A program made the translations under genes and the position numbers. The notes under the pieces are model-generated. The model was not told where the DNA came from and ran no database searches. It worked only from the letters and a program-made list of their open reading frames with translations. Below are positions 59,072-61,836 of a stretch of DNA of 61,836 nucleotides, one piece after another. The stretch is from Methanothrix sp. (GTDB lineage: Archaea > Halobacteriota > Methanosarcinia > Methanotrichales > Methanotrichaceae). The stretch spans positions 1-61,836 of the forward strand of contig JAXDAR010000037.1 in NCBI GenBank assembly GCA_034679645.1, written 5' to 3'. The stretch's first letter is position 1. Each line of letters opens with the position of its first letter.

Positions 59072-61836
59072 GTGGGTGCTAAGGCGCTCGTTTTACTGCT
59101 GATGCTCACAGCGCTTGTTATATCCGCTGCTGGGCAGCAGACAGCGGACGAATGGAATGATAAAGGCTTGGCTCTCTATAAGCAGGGCAAGTATGATGAA
59201 GCCATAGCAGCCTTTGATAAGGCCATCGAGATCGATCCACAATATGCTGATGCAAGGGGCAACAAAGGCAACGCTCTCTATATGCAGGACAAGTATGATG
59301 AGGCCATAGCAGCTTATGACAAGGCTATTGAGATTAACCCAGAAGATGCTGAAGCCTGGTACAACAAAGGCGTGGCTCTTGCTCACCATGGCGATCGCGA
59401 TGAGGCCATGGCGGCTTATAATAAGGCCATTGAGATCAATCCAGAACATGCGCACGCCTGGGGCAACAAAGGCATAACTCTCGCTCAACAGGGAAATTAT
59501 GAGGAAGCCATAGCGGCTATTAATAAGGCAATTGAAATTAACCCAGAAGATGCTGTTGACTGGTACAACAAAGGCACGGCACTCTATAATCAAGGCAAGT
59601 ATGATGAGGCCATAGAAGCTCTTGATAGGGCTATTGAGATTAACCCACGATTTGCTGGAGCCTGGTACAACAAAGGCAGATCTCTCTATGAACAGGGCAA
59701 GTACGATGAGGCCATAGCGGCTTTTGATAAGGCCATTGAGATTAACCCACAACATGCGCACGCCTGGGGCAACAAAGGCATGGCTCTCGCTCTCCAGGGA
59801 AAGTATGAAGACGCCTTAACGGCTTATTATAAGGCCATTGAGATCGACCCACAATTAGCTGAAGCCTGGAACAACAAAGGCATAGCTCTCAATGCTAAGG
59901 GCAAGCAAGATGAGGCCATAGAGGCTTATGATAAGGCCATTGAGATCAATCCACAATTCACTGAAGCCTGGGTAAATAAAGGCAATGCTCTCGATAATCA
60001 GGGCAAGTATGATGAGGCAATAGAGGCTTATGATAAGGCCATTGAGATTAACCCAGAGGATGCTGGAGCCTGGTACAACAAAGGCGTAGCTCTTGCTCTA
60101 CACGGCAAGCACGATGAGGCCATATCGGATTTTGATAAGGCCATTGAGATTGACCCACAATATGCAGACGCCTGGTACAGCAAAGGCATGGCTCTCGGTG
60201 ATCTGGGCAAGTACAATGAGGCCATAGCAGCCTTTGATAAGGCTATTGAGATCGATCCACAATATGCAGACGCCTGGCACAACAAAGGCATAGCTCTCTA
60301 TAAACAGGGCAAGTACGATGAGGCCATAACAGCCTTTGATAAGGCCATTGAGATCAATCCACAATTCGCCGAAGCCTGGTACAACAAAGGCAAGGCTCTC
60401 GCTCTCATGGGCAAGCAAGATGAGGCCAATGCGGCTTATGATAAGGCCATTGGGATTAATCCGCAACTAGCTGGAGCCTGGAGCAACAAAGGCAACGCTC
60501 TCGCTGGCCTGGGCAAGTATGATGAGGCCTTAGCGGCCTTTAATATGGCCATTGAGATTGACCCACAATTTGCTGAAGCCTGGGGCAATAGAGGCAATCT
60601 CCTAGCTGGCCAGGGCAGGTATGATGAGGCCATTGCGGCTTTTGATAGAGCCGTTGAGATTAATCCACGGGATGCTGTGGCCTGGGGCAATAAAGGCGTA
60701 GCTCTGGCAGATCAGGGCAAATATGATGAGGCCATAGCGGCTTATGATAAGGTTATTGAGATTAATCCACAATTAGCTGAAGCCTGGTACAACAAAGGCA
60801 ATGCTCTCGCTGGTCAGGGCAAGTATGATGAAGCCATGGCGGCTTATGATAAGGCAATTGAGATCAATCCACAGGATGCTGTGGCTTGGTACAACAAAGG
60901 CTTAGCTCTCGCTCTCCACGGCAAGTATGATGATGCCATAGCGGCTTATGATAGGGCCATTGAGATTAATCCACAAGACGCTTTGGCTGCTGTCGTCTGG
61001 AGCAACAAAGGCATGGCTCTCGTTTATCAGGGCAAGTATGATGAGGCCATAGTAGCTTTTGATAGGGCCATTGAGATTAAACCCCAAGACGCGGTAGCTG
61101 CTGTAGTCTGGAGCAACAAAGGCATGGCTCTCGCTTGTCAGGGCAAGTATGATAAGGCCATAGTAGCCTTTGATAGGGCCATTGAGATTGACCCACAATA
61201 TGCTGGAGCCTGGAGCAACAAAGGCAATGCTCTATATAAGCAGGGCAAGTATGATGAGGCAATAACAGCATATGATAAGGCCATTGAGATTGAACCACAA
61301 TATGCAGACGCCTGGTATAACAAAGGCAGGTCTCTCTATGAGCAGGGCAAGTACGATGAGGCAATAGCGGCTTTCGATAAGGCTGTCCAGATCGATCCAC
61401 AATATGCAGACGCCTGGCACAACAAAGGCATAGCTCTCTATAAACAGGGCAAGTACGATGAGGCCATAGCAGCCTTTGATAAGGCCATTGAGATCAATCC
61501 ACAATTAGCAGAAGCATGGAACAACAAAGGCATTGCTCTCTATGATCAGGGCAAATACGGTGAAGCCATAGCGGCCTATGATAAAGCAATTGAGATCGAT
61601 CCACAAAATGCGGATGCCTGGAACAATAAAGGCTTGTCTCTCGATGATCAGGGTTCTTACGACGAAGCTATTAAGGCCTACGATAGGGCCATTGAGATCG
61701 ACCCACAACATGCGGGTGCCTGGAACAACAAAGGCCTTGCTCTCTATGATCAGGGCAAATACGGTGAAGCCATAGCGGCCTATGATAAAGCAATTGAGAT
61801 CGATCCACAAAATGCGGATGCCTGGAACAATAAAGG
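59072..61836 (+). CDS. Secreted long TPR-array protein, partial (runs off the window)
   Basis: GAGGTG SD, signal peptide and about 26 highly similar 102-bp repeats of W.NKG.AL..QGKYDEAI.A(Y/F)DKAIEI.P. Absent from the ORF track because it has no stop codon in the window. Confidence 0.92.
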   Translation, partial: MGAKALVLLLMLTALVISAAGQQTADEWNDKGLALYKQGKYDEAIAAFDKAIEIDPQYADARGNKGNALYMQDKYDEAIAAYDKAIEINPEDAEAWYNKGVALAHHGDRDEAMAAYNKAIEINPEHAHAWGNKGITLAQQGNYEEAIAAINKAIEINPEDAVDWYNKGTALYNQGKYDEAIEALDRAIEINPRFAGAWYNKGRSLYEQGKYDEAIAAFDKAIEINPQHAHAWGNKGMALALQGKYEDALTAYYKAIEIDPQLAEAWNNKGIALNAKGKQDEAIEAYDKAIEINPQFTEAWVNKGNALDNQGKYDEAIEAYDKAIEINPEDAGAWYNKGVALALHGKHDEAISDFDKAIEIDPQYADAWYSKGMALGDLGKYNEAIAAFDKAIEIDPQYADAWHNKGIALYKQGKYDEAITAFDKAIEINPQFAEAWYNKGKALALMGKQDEANAAYDKAIGINPQLAGAWSNKGNALAGLGKYDEALAAFNMAIEIDPQFAEAWGNRGNLLAGQGRYDEAIAAFDRAVEINPRDAVAWGNKGVALADQGKYDEAIAAYDKVIEINPQLAEAWYNKGNALAGQGKYDEAMAAYDKAIEINPQDAVAWYNKGLALALHGKYDDAIAAYDRAIEINPQDALAAVVWSNKGMALVYQGKYDEAIVAFDRAIEIKPQDAVAAVVWSNKGMALACQGKYDKAIVAFDRAIEIDPQYAGAWSNKGNALYKQGKYDEAITAYDKAIEIEPQYADAWYNKGRSLYEQGKYDEAIAAFDKAVQIDPQYADAWHNKGIALYKQGKYDEAIAAFDKAIEINPQLAEAWNNKGIALYDQGKYGEAIAAYDKAIEIDPQNADAWNNKGLSLDDQGSYDEAIKAYDRAIEIDPQHAGAWNNKGLALYDQGKYGEAIAAYDKAIEIDPQNADAWNNK

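Noticed and set aside
59093-61810. Multiple minus-strand hydrophobic ORFs
   Set aside because: They are antisense shadows of the TPR repeat gene.
59140-61836. CRISPR array or DGR template/variable repeats
   Set aside because: Units are in-frame 102-bp coding repeats with no unique spacers, differences are not adenine-specific, and there is no reverse transcriptase in the window.

Overview
A 61.8-kb stretch of archaeal chromosome from a methanogen. Gene content and protein style point to Methanothrix/Methanotrichaceae (inference). Most of it is housekeeping: pheST, glyS, class I lysS, tiaS, taw2, pyrH, pyrE, adk, tmk, hisI, secE, rpl40e, map, ppaC, GGGP synthase, mptE and cgi121. There is a cofactor block (cfbA-cfbE-cfbD for F430, afpA, an iron-sulfur flavoprotein, and likely aksE/aksF for coenzyme B) and three tRNAs. 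Accessory parts are a putative lipid-linked pentose/glycosylation operon beside tRNA-Ser(GCT), an islet at about 28.2-37.9 kb (TPR protein, RHH protein, orphan inactivated-RadA-like gene, hicBA, acyltransferase, rhodanese) and a very long near-identical TPR array running off the right edge. The most striking observation is a tRNA-Ser(CGA) at 46999-47149 interrupted by two non-canonical BHB-type introns (D-arm and T-loop) with no anticodon-loop intron. Also notable are a doubly frameshifted nre gene, a decayed second copy of the RHH locus, two attC-like repeats 180 bp apart and probable CTG/ATA start codons. I saw no CRISPR array, rRNA, transposase, integrase or reverse transcriptase.
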